Virus record (IMG/VR): IMGVR_UViG_3300011443_000050
Location: 1 to 25,644 of that record
Reading direction: 5' to 3' (one strand)
Length of the DNA: 25,644 bases
Source: a virus
Lineage: Duplodnaviria; Caudoviricetes
A model generated the notes under the pieces. It was not told where the DNA came from. It did not search any database and worked only from the letters and a program-made list of their open reading frames with translations. Shown here piece after piece: positions 7,839 through 15,972 of the stretch (positions are counted from its first letter, which is position 1; every line of letters begins with the position of its first letter). A program made the position numbers and the translations under genes.

Positions 7839-10499
7839 TCACTCCTTCGCCTTGTTCTTCAACGCCGCCTTCGCTGCGGCTTCCTTTTCCTTCAGCGTCT
7901 GCTTCGACGCCTCCTCCTGCTGCGTCAGCCCCTGCGCCGCCTCGGCGTCGCGCAGCGCCATCTCCTGCGCCGCGCGCTGCGCCTCCTGATCCAGCGCCTG
8001 CTCGCCCTGTGCTGCAGCGTCGCCCATCGCCCGCTCGCCGCGCTCCGCCTCCAGCGCCAAGCTCATCTGGTGAGCCTCGTCGTCGCGCGACAACTGACGG
8101 TTGTGGGCATCCTCCTCGCGCGCAGCACTGGCCTCGTTCATCACGTCGTCGGTTTCGATCTGGCGCGCGGCCTCGCCCGACTGAATCTCCGCCTTCGCTT
8201 CCGCCGCCTTGAGCGCCACCTGACCCTGCACCCCCGCCTTCATCAGGATCGCCTGCACCTCGGCCTGCGTCTTGTCCTTGAACGCCTGCAACTCGGCGTC
8301 CGACTTCGCCGTCATCGCGCGGAGCTTCTCCTGCATCTCAGCTTGGAACGCCTGCATCTTGCGGCCGGACTCCTCCTGCGCCGCGGTGGCGTCGATCTGC
8401 ATCTGCTGCTTGGTCGATTCCAGCTTCGCCATGATCAGGTCGCGCGCCGGGTCCGGTGGCGGCGGCTTCGGCGCCGGGTTCGCCATCGCGTCGAGCCCCG
8501 CTTCGATCATGCCTTCGATGTCGCGCCCGACGCGAAAACCCCGCACGCTCCACAGGATCAGCGCCTTGAACATCGGCGCCGACTCCGGCGAGGATTGCAC
8601 CGCCGGGACCGCCTGTTGCAGGAACTGGGTGACGGCGGTCATGAAGGTGCCGCGCGCCTCGCGCTCGTCGATCTCGTCCGGTTCGATCAGCGACGACGCC
8701 TCGACATCGACCCGGTAGCCGATCTCGTCGCTCTTGAGCAGTTGGATCGCCTGCATCACGATCATCTCCGGGGGTGGGGCCACCGGCGGCGGTGCGGGCA
8801 TCGGCGGTGCGGGGGGTGCGCCACCCATGACCGGCGGCGGCATCCCCGCCTGTCCGTTGGGTGGCGGCATCGGCGGCATCCCGCCCGCCGGCGGGCCGGG
8901 CATCGGGGGTGGCCCACCCATCGGTGGCCCCGGTGGTCCGGGCGGCGCTGCGGGCGGTGCCTGCGGTGGTCCCGGCATCGGCGGCGGCGGCGCGGGCTGC
9001 ATCGCCTTCTGCGCGTCGGCCACCATCTTCATGCCGTCCGGCGACTGCATCACCGTGGACTGCGCGATGAGGATCTCGGGCGGGAAGAACTTGATGGCGA
9101 GGTGCGCCATCAGGCGCAGGGTGTCGGTGATGAACTGCGCCACACCCATCTTCATGTCGTCCAACCGGATGCTCGCGTACTGCGCCTTGATGCGCTGCTC
9201 CGTCGCTGTCGCGTTAGGCGACGACGCGCCGCGAATGATGTCGCTGATGCCGGTGATCTGGTAGATGTCCTGAATCATCTGCGTCTTCACTTGCGTGAGT
9301 TGCGTGATGACTTCGATCACCTTGTCCAGCGGCAGCCAATCCACCGTCCCCTTGATGCCACCCTTCTCCGCGAACGCGGCCCATGTGTCCACCGGGATCA
9401 TCTGGTTCTCGATCCCTTCGGTGAGCATCCGTTGCAACCCTAGCTGCTCGCTGTCGTAGACGCCGATGACCTTGCAAGCCTGTGTGAGCATGGCGAGGCG
9501 CTGTACCACAACGTCCAGTTCTTGCGCCTGATCCTGATACTCACAGTAATCCGGCACCGGGCACAGATTCCCGGTGGTGTTGGTAGCGAACATCGGCTTC
9601 GGACAAGGGTAAAAGTCCGGGAAACCGTAGGGGTCGTCGCGTACGTCCAGCGGGGTGGTGGTATCGGGGTTAAGCCAGTAGACCTTTTTCTCACTTTTCT
9701 CCCACAGTTCAAAGACGACAGCCTGCTTGATCAACTCCGCCTTCGGCTCGTCGGTCGGGTTGCCCGAGTTCCACGGATTGTTGCCCCCACCACCGTCCTT
9801 GTGGTGCGACGGGATGTAGTTGAGCGGCACCTTCTTGCCGATCTCGTCGCCAAAGCGTTTGCACAGCGCGTCGCGCGTCATGTACACCGTGCGCCACACG
9901 CGCGGGACTTCCTCCCATGTGCGCGAGGGTGTGAACCCGAGATCGCGCCAGTACACAAAATCAACGAGCGTCTTGAACGCTTCGCACTTCACCGGGCGCG
10001 GCGTCATCACGTTCTGCGTCACGTCGCCCACGGGATTCACGCCGTCCTGCTGGTAACGCACCCACACGCAGCCCATGCCGGGCAGCAGGCGGTCCTGCAA
10101 CGCGTAGCGGATGTTGTCCTTGAAGGTGGCCTGCGTCTGCATCTGGTACTGCAGCACGCGCTCAAGAATCAGCGAGGCGACGCGAGCAACGGGATCAGGG
10201 TCGGAGTAACGCCGCTCCACCACCGGCTGCGGCATGCGGCCGAATAGCGCAGGGATCAGCGTCTGGATGTTGCTCCACAGGATGTTGTACTTGCGCTGGT
10301 GCGGGCCGACGATGTCGGAATCCGACTCGCGCTCGTCGCGGTAGCGCAGCACGACGCGGTTGCCGCGCTCGCGCCAGCGTTTGACGCGCTTGTCCTTCTC
10401 GGCGGCCTCGACTTCCGCGAGCAGGAAGGAGGTCTTGCCCTCGGCGCCCTCACCGAAGTCTTTCGGTGAGTCAACCACCTGCAGTTGAGGCGTTGCCAT
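7839..10499 (-). CDS. Portal protein with a Pro-rich insert and a long coiled-coil C-terminus
   Basis: YNILWSNIQTL.PAL, LLPGMG..WVRY, R.WEEV, FYPCPKP, PVPDY, IYQITGISDIIRG and TATEQRIK motifs; follows the terminase gene; start at ATG 10499 after GAGG. Confidence 0.9.
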   Translation of the reverse strand: MATPQLQVVDSPKDFGEGAEGKTSFLLAEVEAAEKDKRVKRWRERGNRVVLRYRDERESDSDIVGPHQRKYNILWSNIQTLIPALFGRMPQPVVERRYSDPDPVARVASLILERVLQYQMQTQATFKDNIRYALQDRLLPGMGCVWVRYQQDGVNPVGDVTQNVMTPRPVKCEAFKTLVDFVYWRDLGFTPSRTWEEVPRVWRTVYMTRDALCKRFGDEIGKKVPLNYIPSHHKDGGGGNNPWNSGNPTDEPKAELIKQAVVFELWEKSEKKVYWLNPDTTTPLDVRDDPYGFPDFYPCPKPMFATNTTGNLCPVPDYCEYQDQAQELDVVVQRLAMLTQACKVIGVYDSEQLGLQRMLTEGIENQMIPVDTWAAFAEKGGIKGTVDWLPLDKVIEVITQLTQVKTQMIQDIYQITGISDIIRGASSPNATATEQRIKAQYASIRLDDMKMGVAQFITDTLRLMAHLAIKFFPPEILIAQSTVMQSPDGMKMVADAQKAMQPAPPPPMPGPPQAPPAAPPGPPGPPMGGPPPMPGPPAGGMPPMPPPNGQAGMPPPVMGGAPPAPPMPAPPPVAPPPEMIVMQAIQLLKSDEIGYRVDVEASSLIEPDEIDEREARGTFMTAVTQFLQQAVPAVQSSPESAPMFKALILWSVRGFRVGRDIEGMIEAGLDAMANPAPKPPPPDPARDLIMAKLESTKQQMQIDATAAQEESGRKMQAFQAEMQEKLRAMTAKSDAELQAFKDKTQAEVQAILMKAGVQGQVALKAAEAKAEIQSGEAARQIETDDVMNEASAAREEDAHNRQLSRDDEAHQMSLALEAERGERAMGDAAAQGEQALDQEAQRAAQEMALRDAEAAQGLTQQEEASKQTLKEKEAAAKAALKNKAKE

Positions 10500-10500
10500 C

Positions 10501-11865
10501 TCAGATCCTCTGGTTGGGGCGGTGGGTGGTCTGCTCCCACATGTCTTCCAGCCGCACGTTACCACCAAACGGAAGCTTGGGATCATACCCCTGATTGCCG
10601 AGATGACCCGTCCGGCGCGGGGGTGCGACGCGGTTCACAAAATCGCGCGCGCCCTTGTGCGCCACGATCGCCGAATAGCGGTAGGAGTCCGCGTAGTGGC
10701 TCGTATGGTCGTGCTTCGGCTGTTCCTTGAACGCCTGCTTCTTGTCGTCCCACTCGCGTTGGTACTGGCGCAGCGCCTCGATGCCGTCGGCGCAGTTGGT
10801 GGCGTCGAAGTAGGTGTCGGTGGAGGACATGACGAAGCGCCCGGCCTGAATGCCTTGCTGCACCGAGAGTTCCGGCACGATCTTGCCCTTCACCCCCATC
10901 GTGCGCAGCAGTTCGATCGTTGAGCGGCCGGTTTGCAAGGACTTGGCCCTCGCATCATGCGGCAGCCAGATGTCGCCGTAGCGGTAGTTCTGGGCGCGCA
11001 TGATGGCGACGTAGTCACTAAGCTGCAGGCCACTATGTTCTTCGGCCCGTAGATACCTGATCTCGTCGCCCAGCGCCTGCCAGTACCACAGGGACGTGCT
11101 GTCGGTGTAACCGAGGTCGAGGGAAACGTGGACCGGGATGCTGGGGTCGTACTCCAGCGGGATGATGCGGTGCGCGATCTCGTTAAGCAGCTTGCCGTAG
11201 TAGCTGCCCTTCAGCGCCGCCTCGAAAGAGCACTCAAACTCTTGGTCGTACTCGTCGTCGGACATGATGCGCCGCGCGTCGTCCAACTCCTCCTGCGCCA
11301 GCAAGCCGGACTCGGAGGCGCGCAGCGTCATCAGGAACCACTTGTCGGGGTTCTGGCGCGCTTCTTCCTTGAGCCGCCAGAACTCGTTCTTGCCGGCGGG
11401 GGTGCCGATGAACACCGCCCAGCCCACGCGATCGGCCAACAGCGGCCGGATGACCTCTGAGAACACCCGCGGGCGCATCATGGCCGGCTCGTCCAGCACC
11501 ACCCCGTCCAAGTAGATCCCGCGCAGGGCGTCGGGGTTGTCGGCGCCGAACAGCATCACCTTGACGCCGTTATGCAACGTGACGGTCAACTCGGCGATGT
11601 TCACCGACAGGCGCATGCCGGGCTGGTCGGTGTAGCGGACCAGATAGTCGAAGGCGATGCGCTTCGCCATCGCGTAGAAGGGGGCGATGTACGCATACTG
11701 GGGCGGGTGGGCCGAGGCGTAGACCTTGGCGGTATTCAGCGCCCGGCCCACGATGTCGTTGATGGCGGCGATGGTCTTGCCGGCACGGCGGTGGCACACC
11801 AACAGGCCCCACCGCTGGTGGCGGGCGTGGAAGGCGATGAACGCCTTGCGCGGGCGATAGATCAT
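10501..11865 (-). CDS. terL: Terminase large subunit
   Basis: Walker A HRRAGKT, Walker B VVLDE, motif III IGTP, nuclease motifs DLGYTD, LPHD and HD..SH.AD. Confidence 0.95.
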   Translation of the reverse strand: MIYRPRKAFIAFHARHQRWGLLVCHRRAGKTIAAINDIVGRALNTAKVYASAHPPQYAYIAPFYAMAKRIAFDYLVRYTDQPGMRLSVNIAELTVTLHNGVKVMLFGADNPDALRGIYLDGVVLDEPAMMRPRVFSEVIRPLLADRVGWAVFIGTPAGKNEFWRLKEEARQNPDKWFLMTLRASESGLLAQEELDDARRIMSDDEYDQEFECSFEAALKGSYYGKLLNEIAHRIIPLEYDPSIPVHVSLDLGYTDSTSLWYWQALGDEIRYLRAEEHSGLQLSDYVAIMRAQNYRYGDIWLPHDARAKSLQTGRSTIELLRTMGVKGKIVPELSVQQGIQAGRFVMSSTDTYFDATNCADGIEALRQYQREWDDKKQAFKEQPKHDHTSHYADSYRYSAIVAHKGARDFVNRVAPPRRTGHLGNQGYDPKLPFGGNVRLEDMWEQTTHRPNQRI

Positions 11866-12137
11866 TCGCGATCGACGAGGAAACTGGCGGGTAGCTGATC
11901 GAGCGGGCTGCGGGGGATGGCGTTGACCACGTTGACCACCGTCTGCTGCCGATCGTGGCTGCGGGGGACGCGCATGCCGAGCAGGGCGGTGGCGAATTTC
12001 AGGAAGGCCACCGGCTGGGTGCGGGCGATCATTTCAAGGTACGCCCGGTCCATGATGCCGCCGACGTCGCCCGTGACACGCTCGACAATGGGGTCACCGG
12101 GGGGCGGCAGCAGTGGCGAGTCGGTACTTGGTTCCAT
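11862..12137 (-). CDS. Putative terminase small subunit
   Basis: 91 aa, overlapping the terL start by 4 nt; YL..IA..QP.AF helical pattern and PRSPLD tail. The call is largely positional. Confidence 0.5.
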   Translation of the reverse strand: MEPSTDSPLLPPPGDPIVERVTGDVGGIMDRAYLEMIARTQPVAFLKFATALLGMRVPRSHDRQQTVVNVVNAIPRSPLDQLPASFLVDRE

Positions 12138-12285
12138 CGGGCGGATGGTACCTAATTTGGCATGGGAAGTGGGGGGCGGGGTCGACCGTCAAGGCGTCAT
12201 GCTTGCAGAACGGGAGAACGGGGTGCTAGGCACGGAGGCGTCCCGGCACGGGACCCGGCCCGGAGTCCCGCGGTTCCGGGGTGAT

Positions 12286-12461
12286 GGGCGGGGGACGTCA
12301 CTTTCTGACGCTCAGCGTCACATTGTGCCGCCCAGCGTCACTAAGTGCCTGGCCGCGTCACATTGTGACGTTGCACGGCACAATGACGCTGTGCGTCATG
12401 TGACGCTGCGCGCATCGGCACACTCTGCCGTCCTTGGGCACCGTGACGCTGGGCGTCACTA
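12286..12461. repeat. Left array of TGACG-N5-CGTCA palindromes, about 20-bp period
   Basis: Units start at 12306, 12326, 12346, 12366, 12384 and 12444 (some with variant half-sites), with more degenerate units at 12286, 12401 and 12426. Confidence 0.9.
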
Positions 12462-12519
12462 AGCGCCCAAGGGCGGCAGGGCGGCGCAAAACGGCCGGAT
12501 CTGCCCCGCCGCGGCAGCG

Positions 12520-12802
12520 GTAATCAGGAGAATCGGATATTCGGGTGATTCCCTACGCGCGCCTACGCGCGCGCATATGGGCATATATTCCTTAATATAT
12601 ATATATTTATAGTGTTTAATAAATAACCTGATTACCTGAGTACCGGCATACGTCGCTGATCTGGCACAGTTTTTTCCAATCAGCAAAAGTAATCAGGTAA
12701 AGACCCTACTGGCAGAATGTAATCCGGACGACAATTCGTCCTACAAACCGCTCCTCACCCGATCCTGATTACCGGCCCCGTCGCCCCGATCTACCTGATT
12801 AC
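12520..12802. other. Putative replication origin: CCTGATTAC iterons around an AT-rich core
   Basis: CCTGATTAC at 12627, 12764 and 12794; reverse GTAATCAGG at 12520 and 12689; variants at 12635 and 12719; strongly AT-rich tract at about 12584-12626. Confidence 0.65.
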
Positions 12803-13070
12803 CGGCCGATCGGCCCCGAATCCGCCCCGCCGCGGCAATACCCCTTCGGCCCGGTCAACTAATTGACCGTTCGTCGGCCGTCAGCGGTCAATCCGCCCCT
12901 TTGTCGCCCCGCGGTGACACTTGGCCTTGTTGCTTAAAAAACAGGCGGCCGCTAGTGGCCTTAAAACGGCCGCTACGGGGCGATGCCCCGTTTCCCAGCC
13001 TCTACCCCTCGCCGCAATTATTTTTGCCTGTGCGATTACCGCACACTTTCGCCCCCGCAATTCCGCCCGT

Positions 13071-13092
13071 TTGTTGCTTAACGCGGTAAAAT
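13071..13092 (+). promoter_or_regulatory. Putative promoter TTGTTGCTTAA-N5-TAAAAT
   Basis: A -10-like TAAAAT at 13087 precedes the first plus-strand gene; the same box and spacing recur at 18024. Confidence 0.6.
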
Positions 13093-13144
13093 GCCTTTCG
13101 CGCGCGCAATCGTGCGCAGCGCGACTAACCAAGGAGCAACAAAA

Positions 13145-13702
13145 ATGATCCAGATCCAAGCGCAAATCGAAAACCCCGCGGCCGTCGGCGCCGAGGATGC
13201 CCGCGTCGTCGCGGCCATCGCCGAGGAAGCGCGCAAGGTGCCCGCGACGGGTGGCGCCCGGCTCACCCAAGCCGCAGCCCTCGACGCGGTCGCCATGATC
13301 GCCAAGCATTGGGTCGCGACGCTGTCGCCGACCATCGCCCGCAGTGTCACCCGCGGCGGGTCGCACGTCGCCGTCAACTTCGGATCCACCCGCGTTCTAT
13401 GCGTCACCGTCGGCGCCGAAGCCCTGCCGGATCTGGTCGATCTGTTGATGCACTGCTACCGCGCGGGTTACAACACCGCGGCGCGCTTGGCCGTCGGTGA
13501 CGTGTTTTACGGTGCCAGATCGTGCGCAGTGGCGCAAGGCTACATCGGCGGCACCGCGGCGCATCGTAGCTTCGTCAACGGCTACGTTGACGCCCTGCAC
13601 AAGCGGTTTCCCGCGGGCATCGTCACCAAGCTCGACGACGACATCATTCTCGCCGAGTCCGGCGAGCCGCAACCCGTCGCCATGATCCCCCATCGCAGCT
13701 AA
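13145..13702 (+). CDS. Early hypothetical protein
   Basis: AAGGAG RBS, ATG 13145, coding-like third-position bias; no recognised motif. Confidence 0.8.
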   Translation: MIQIQAQIENPAAVGAEDARVVAAIAEEARKVPATGGARLTQAAALDAVAMIAKHWVATLSPTIARSVTRGGSHVAVNFGSTRVLCVTVGAEALPDLVDLLMHCYRAGYNTAARLAVGDVFYGARSCAVAQGYIGGTAAHRSFVNGYVDALHKRFPAGIVTKLDDDIILAESGEPQPVAMIPHRS

Positions 13703-13755
13703 CAGCGTCGCGCGTGATACCCAGCGCGCTGGGTATCGCGAGCAATGTTGCTCAC
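13703..13755 (+). repeat. Intergenic long hairpin plus GCGAGCAATGTTGCTCAC (copy 1)
   Basis: GATACCCAG/CTGGGTATC core stem with an extended imperfect lower stem; 18-mer at 13738-13755. Confidence 0.85.
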
Positions 13756-13777
13756 TAAACGAACCAAGGAAACCACC

Positions 13778-14164
13778 ATGACGAACCAACCCAGCCACAT
13801 CGAGCACACCCAATCCGGCGCCGTCGCATTCGTCGGCCGCGACGCTGTCGCGATCTACCGCGCGACGGTGATCGAATCCGCGCTGCGCCTGTACGCGAAG
13901 ACCGGCATGCGCGTGAACCGCGCCTATACGCCCGCGGCGATGATGCGCGTTGCGGCCGAGATCACCGGCCGTAAATTCAAAGCGCGCGACTACCTCGGCG
14001 CCGCGGATGCGCTGCGCGCGTGGCGTACCGACCCGGTCAACGTGCCGACCGTGATCGACCATCGCAACCTTGCCACCGCACCGATCGCGCACTATCCGCT
14101 TCCGCCCGCGACGAATACGCGCAGTGACGAGAGCGACAGCGGCTTCGATAACGGCAGCCAGTAA
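13778..14164 (+). CDS. Early hypothetical protein
   Basis: AAGGA RBS, ATG 13778; LRLYAKTGM...ITG.KFK.RDY helical segment. Confidence 0.8.
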   Translation: MTNQPSHIEHTQSGAVAFVGRDAVAIYRATVIESALRLYAKTGMRVNRAYTPAAMMRVAAEITGRKFKARDYLGAADALRAWRTDPVNVPTVIDHRNLATAPIAHYPLPPATNTRSDESDSGFDNGSQ

Positions 14165-14220
14165 GCACTGCACGTCGTGCGCATGCTCACAGCGTGCGCA
14201 CGGCGAGCAATGTTGCTCAC
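14164..14220 (+). repeat. Intergenic long hairpin plus GCGAGCAATGTTGCTCAC (copy 2)
   Basis: CGTCGTGCGCATGCT/AGCGTGCGCACGGCG stem; 18-mer at 14203-14220. Confidence 0.85.
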
Positions 14221-14234
14221 CTCGAAAGCACGCC

Positions 14235-14327
14235 ATGGAATTCGCACCCGTCATCATCGCGCTACTTGCTGCAACCATCCCCGCGTCGCGCATCGCGTCG
14301 CGCATCGTCGATCTACTCGGAGTCTGA
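14235..14327 (+). CDS. 30-aa hydrophobic peptide
   Basis: MEFAPVIIALLAATIPASRIASRIVDLLGV; ATG follows the repeat element; weak GAAAG RBS. Confidence 0.5.
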   Translation: MEFAPVIIALLAATIPASRIASRIVDLLGV

Positions 14328-14331
14328 AGTC

Positions 14332-14523
14332 ATGACCAAACCATACGAATGGCCTGTATATGAAAAGCACGCGCATGTGCGTTGCTTCAATTGCGACGCA
14401 CCAATCGGCGCCAACCTGACCGAAACGCACTACGACCGCCCGGGCGGTCAGTACGCGAAACCGTGCGTCAAATGCCAGATGCACACCTATTACGACATCG
14501 CGCCGATCGGGGACGGAAAATGA
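14332..14523 (+). CDS. Small zinc-ribbon protein
   Basis: GGAG RBS; CFNC...CVKC; ATGA overlap with the next gene. Confidence 0.7.
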   Translation: MTKPYEWPVYEKHAHVRCFNCDAPIGANLTETHYDRPGGQYAKPCVKCQMHTYYDIAPIGDGK

Positions 14524-15242
14524 AGCCTCTTTTCCACCTCACACCCAAGAGCGCCAACGCCAAGACGGGGCCGATACCTGTATCGACGTCGTCGGCCGTC
14601 ACCTGCCCCGATGCGTGCGGCTTCAAGCGTACGGCCGCGGGTGTCGCCGGATGCTATGCCGACGGCGGCCCTCTGGGGATGCACTGGCGCGCGGTCACTG
14701 AGGGCCGCCGTGGCGTCGATTGGTCGGCGTTCCTGTTGCAGGTGCGCGCGATCGCCGCGGGCGCGCTATGGCGCCACAATCAGGCCGGCGATCTACCCGG
14801 CGACAATGACACGTTGGACGCGGCCGCATTGCGCCAGCTCGTCGATGCCAACGCGGGCCGCCGTGGTTTCACCTACACCCACAAGCCGATGCACACCGCG
14901 GCCGCACGCGCAGCGGTGCGCAACGCCAACGCGCGCGGATTCACTGTCAACCTGTCGGCCGACACACTGGCGCAAGCCGACACACTGTCGGACCTGCAGA
15001 TCGGCCCCGTCGTCGTGGTGATGCCGTCGGATGCAACAAGCAACACAACAACGCCGGCCGGCCGCCGTGTCATCGTATGCCCTGCGACCCAGCGCGACGA
15101 CGTGACGTGCGCAACCTGTACCGCATGCGCCAACGCGCACCGCGACGTGATCATCGGCTTCCCCGCGCACGGTGCCAGTGCCAAGCGCGCGACGGCGGTC
15201 ACACAGGGACGACGCGTGATCGTCATCAAGCGCGCCAGCTAG
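14520..15242 (+). CDS. GP88/DUF7227-like Cys-rich protein (degenerate radical-SAM-like motif)
   Basis: S.N.KTG, TCPDAC-x11-CYA, RHNQAGD, FTYTH, NLSAD, CPA...CATCTAC and GFPAHG motifs. Confidence 0.7.
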   Translation: MKPLFHLTPKSANAKTGPIPVSTSSAVTCPDACGFKRTAAGVAGCYADGGPLGMHWRAVTEGRRGVDWSAFLLQVRAIAAGALWRHNQAGDLPGDNDTLDAAALRQLVDANAGRRGFTYTHKPMHTAAARAAVRNANARGFTVNLSADTLAQADTLSDLQIGPVVVVMPSDATSNTTTPAGRRVIVCPATQRDDVTCATCTACANAHRDVIIGFPAHGASAKRATAVTQGRRVIVIKRAS

Positions 15243-15292
15243 CAGTGCATGTCATACGCTGCGCGCAGCGTATGGCGAGCAATGTTGCTCAC
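15240..15292 (+). repeat. Intergenic long hairpin plus GCGAGCAATGTTGCTCAC (copy 3)
   Basis: TGTCATACGCTG/CAGCGTATGGCG stem; 18-mer at 15275-15292. Confidence 0.85.
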
Positions 15293-15309
15293 CAACTAGG
15301 ACAACGACC

Positions 15310-15669
15310 ATGCATCAATGCCCCACTGAGATCACCGACGACGCCGGCCGCGTTCACCCGATCCCCACGCGCTGGGAGATCTGCAGCCACTGCGACGGCG
15401 AGGGCCACAATGCGCGCCACCTCGGCGCCTACACCCGCGAGGAATTCGACGAGTCTTTTGACTACGACGAACAGGAAGCCTACTTCCGCGGCGACTATGA
15501 CCGCACCTGTGAGCACTGCCGCGGCAGTGGCAAGGTGCGGGTAGCGGTCGAGTCCCAGATGTCACCCGCGACACTGGACGCGTGGCGGGTGTACTGGGAC
15601 GCGGAAGCCGACTACGCGTCCCTGTGTGCGGCAGAGCAACGCCTACGCGATCGCGGTGTCCAATTCTGA
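15310..15669 (+). CDS. Zinc-finger protein with two CxxCxGxG motifs
   Basis: CSHCDGEG and CEHCRGSG; AGGA RBS. Confidence 0.8.
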   Translation: MHQCPTEITDDAGRVHPIPTRWEICSHCDGEGHNARHLGAYTREEFDESFDYDEQEAYFRGDYDRTCEHCRGSGKVRVAVESQMSPATLDAWRVYWDAEADYASLCAAEQRLRDRGVQF

Positions 15670-15672
15670 CCT

Positions 15673-15728
15673 GCAGTGCTAGCACGTTAGCGGCCCCGCG
15701 ACGGGGCCGCTAGCGGGCGCCATTGCCC
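15673..15728 (+). repeat. Divergent copy 4 of the intergenic hairpin element
   Basis: GCAGTG...CGTTAGCGGCCCC/GGGGCCGCTAGCG...CATTGC; the 3' arm can form GGGCG-CCAT-TGCCC. Confidence 0.7.
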
Positions 15729-15855
15729 CGCCACGCGATCGGAGACAACACCCAGCTACTTGACCATCAAACCGCCAACAGGGACGCACAGCGGCCCGTT
15801 TAAGGCCACTAGCGCGCATGCCGTAAAGCGCGCGCTCTGGCATGCTTGTTGTCTA

Positions 15856-15972
15856 GTGACGCCCAGCGTCACCGGATGACGCCGCTCGTCACTATGTGAC
15901 GTGGAGCGTCACTTTGTGACGCTGTGCGTCACTTTCTGACGTTGGACGTCACTTTGTGACGCGCAGCGTCAC
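15856..15972. repeat. Right array: six TGACG-N5-CGTCA palindromes at an exact 20-bp period
   Basis: TGACG starts at 15857, 15877, 15897, 15917, 15937 and 15957, each followed after 5 nt by CGTCAC. Confidence 0.95.

Noticed and set aside
505-9443. Long plus-strand ORFs opposite the structural genes (505-1350, 5233-6267, 6230-7399, 7704-9443)
   Set aside because: These are antisense shadows of GC3-biased genes, Arg/Leu/His-rich and without recognisable motifs.
13696-15728. Intergenic hairpins as integron attC sites
   Set aside because: RYYYAAC/GTTRRRY boxes are not consistently present and no integrase is in the window. G-U pairs favour a plus-strand RNA structure.
13703-15728. The same hairpins as intrinsic terminators
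   Set aside because: No U-tract follows them, and they lead directly into RBS-like sequences.
15856-15972. Palindrome arrays as a mini-CRISPR
   Set aside because: The period is 20 bp with only 3-5 variable nt, so there are no spacer-length unique sequences.
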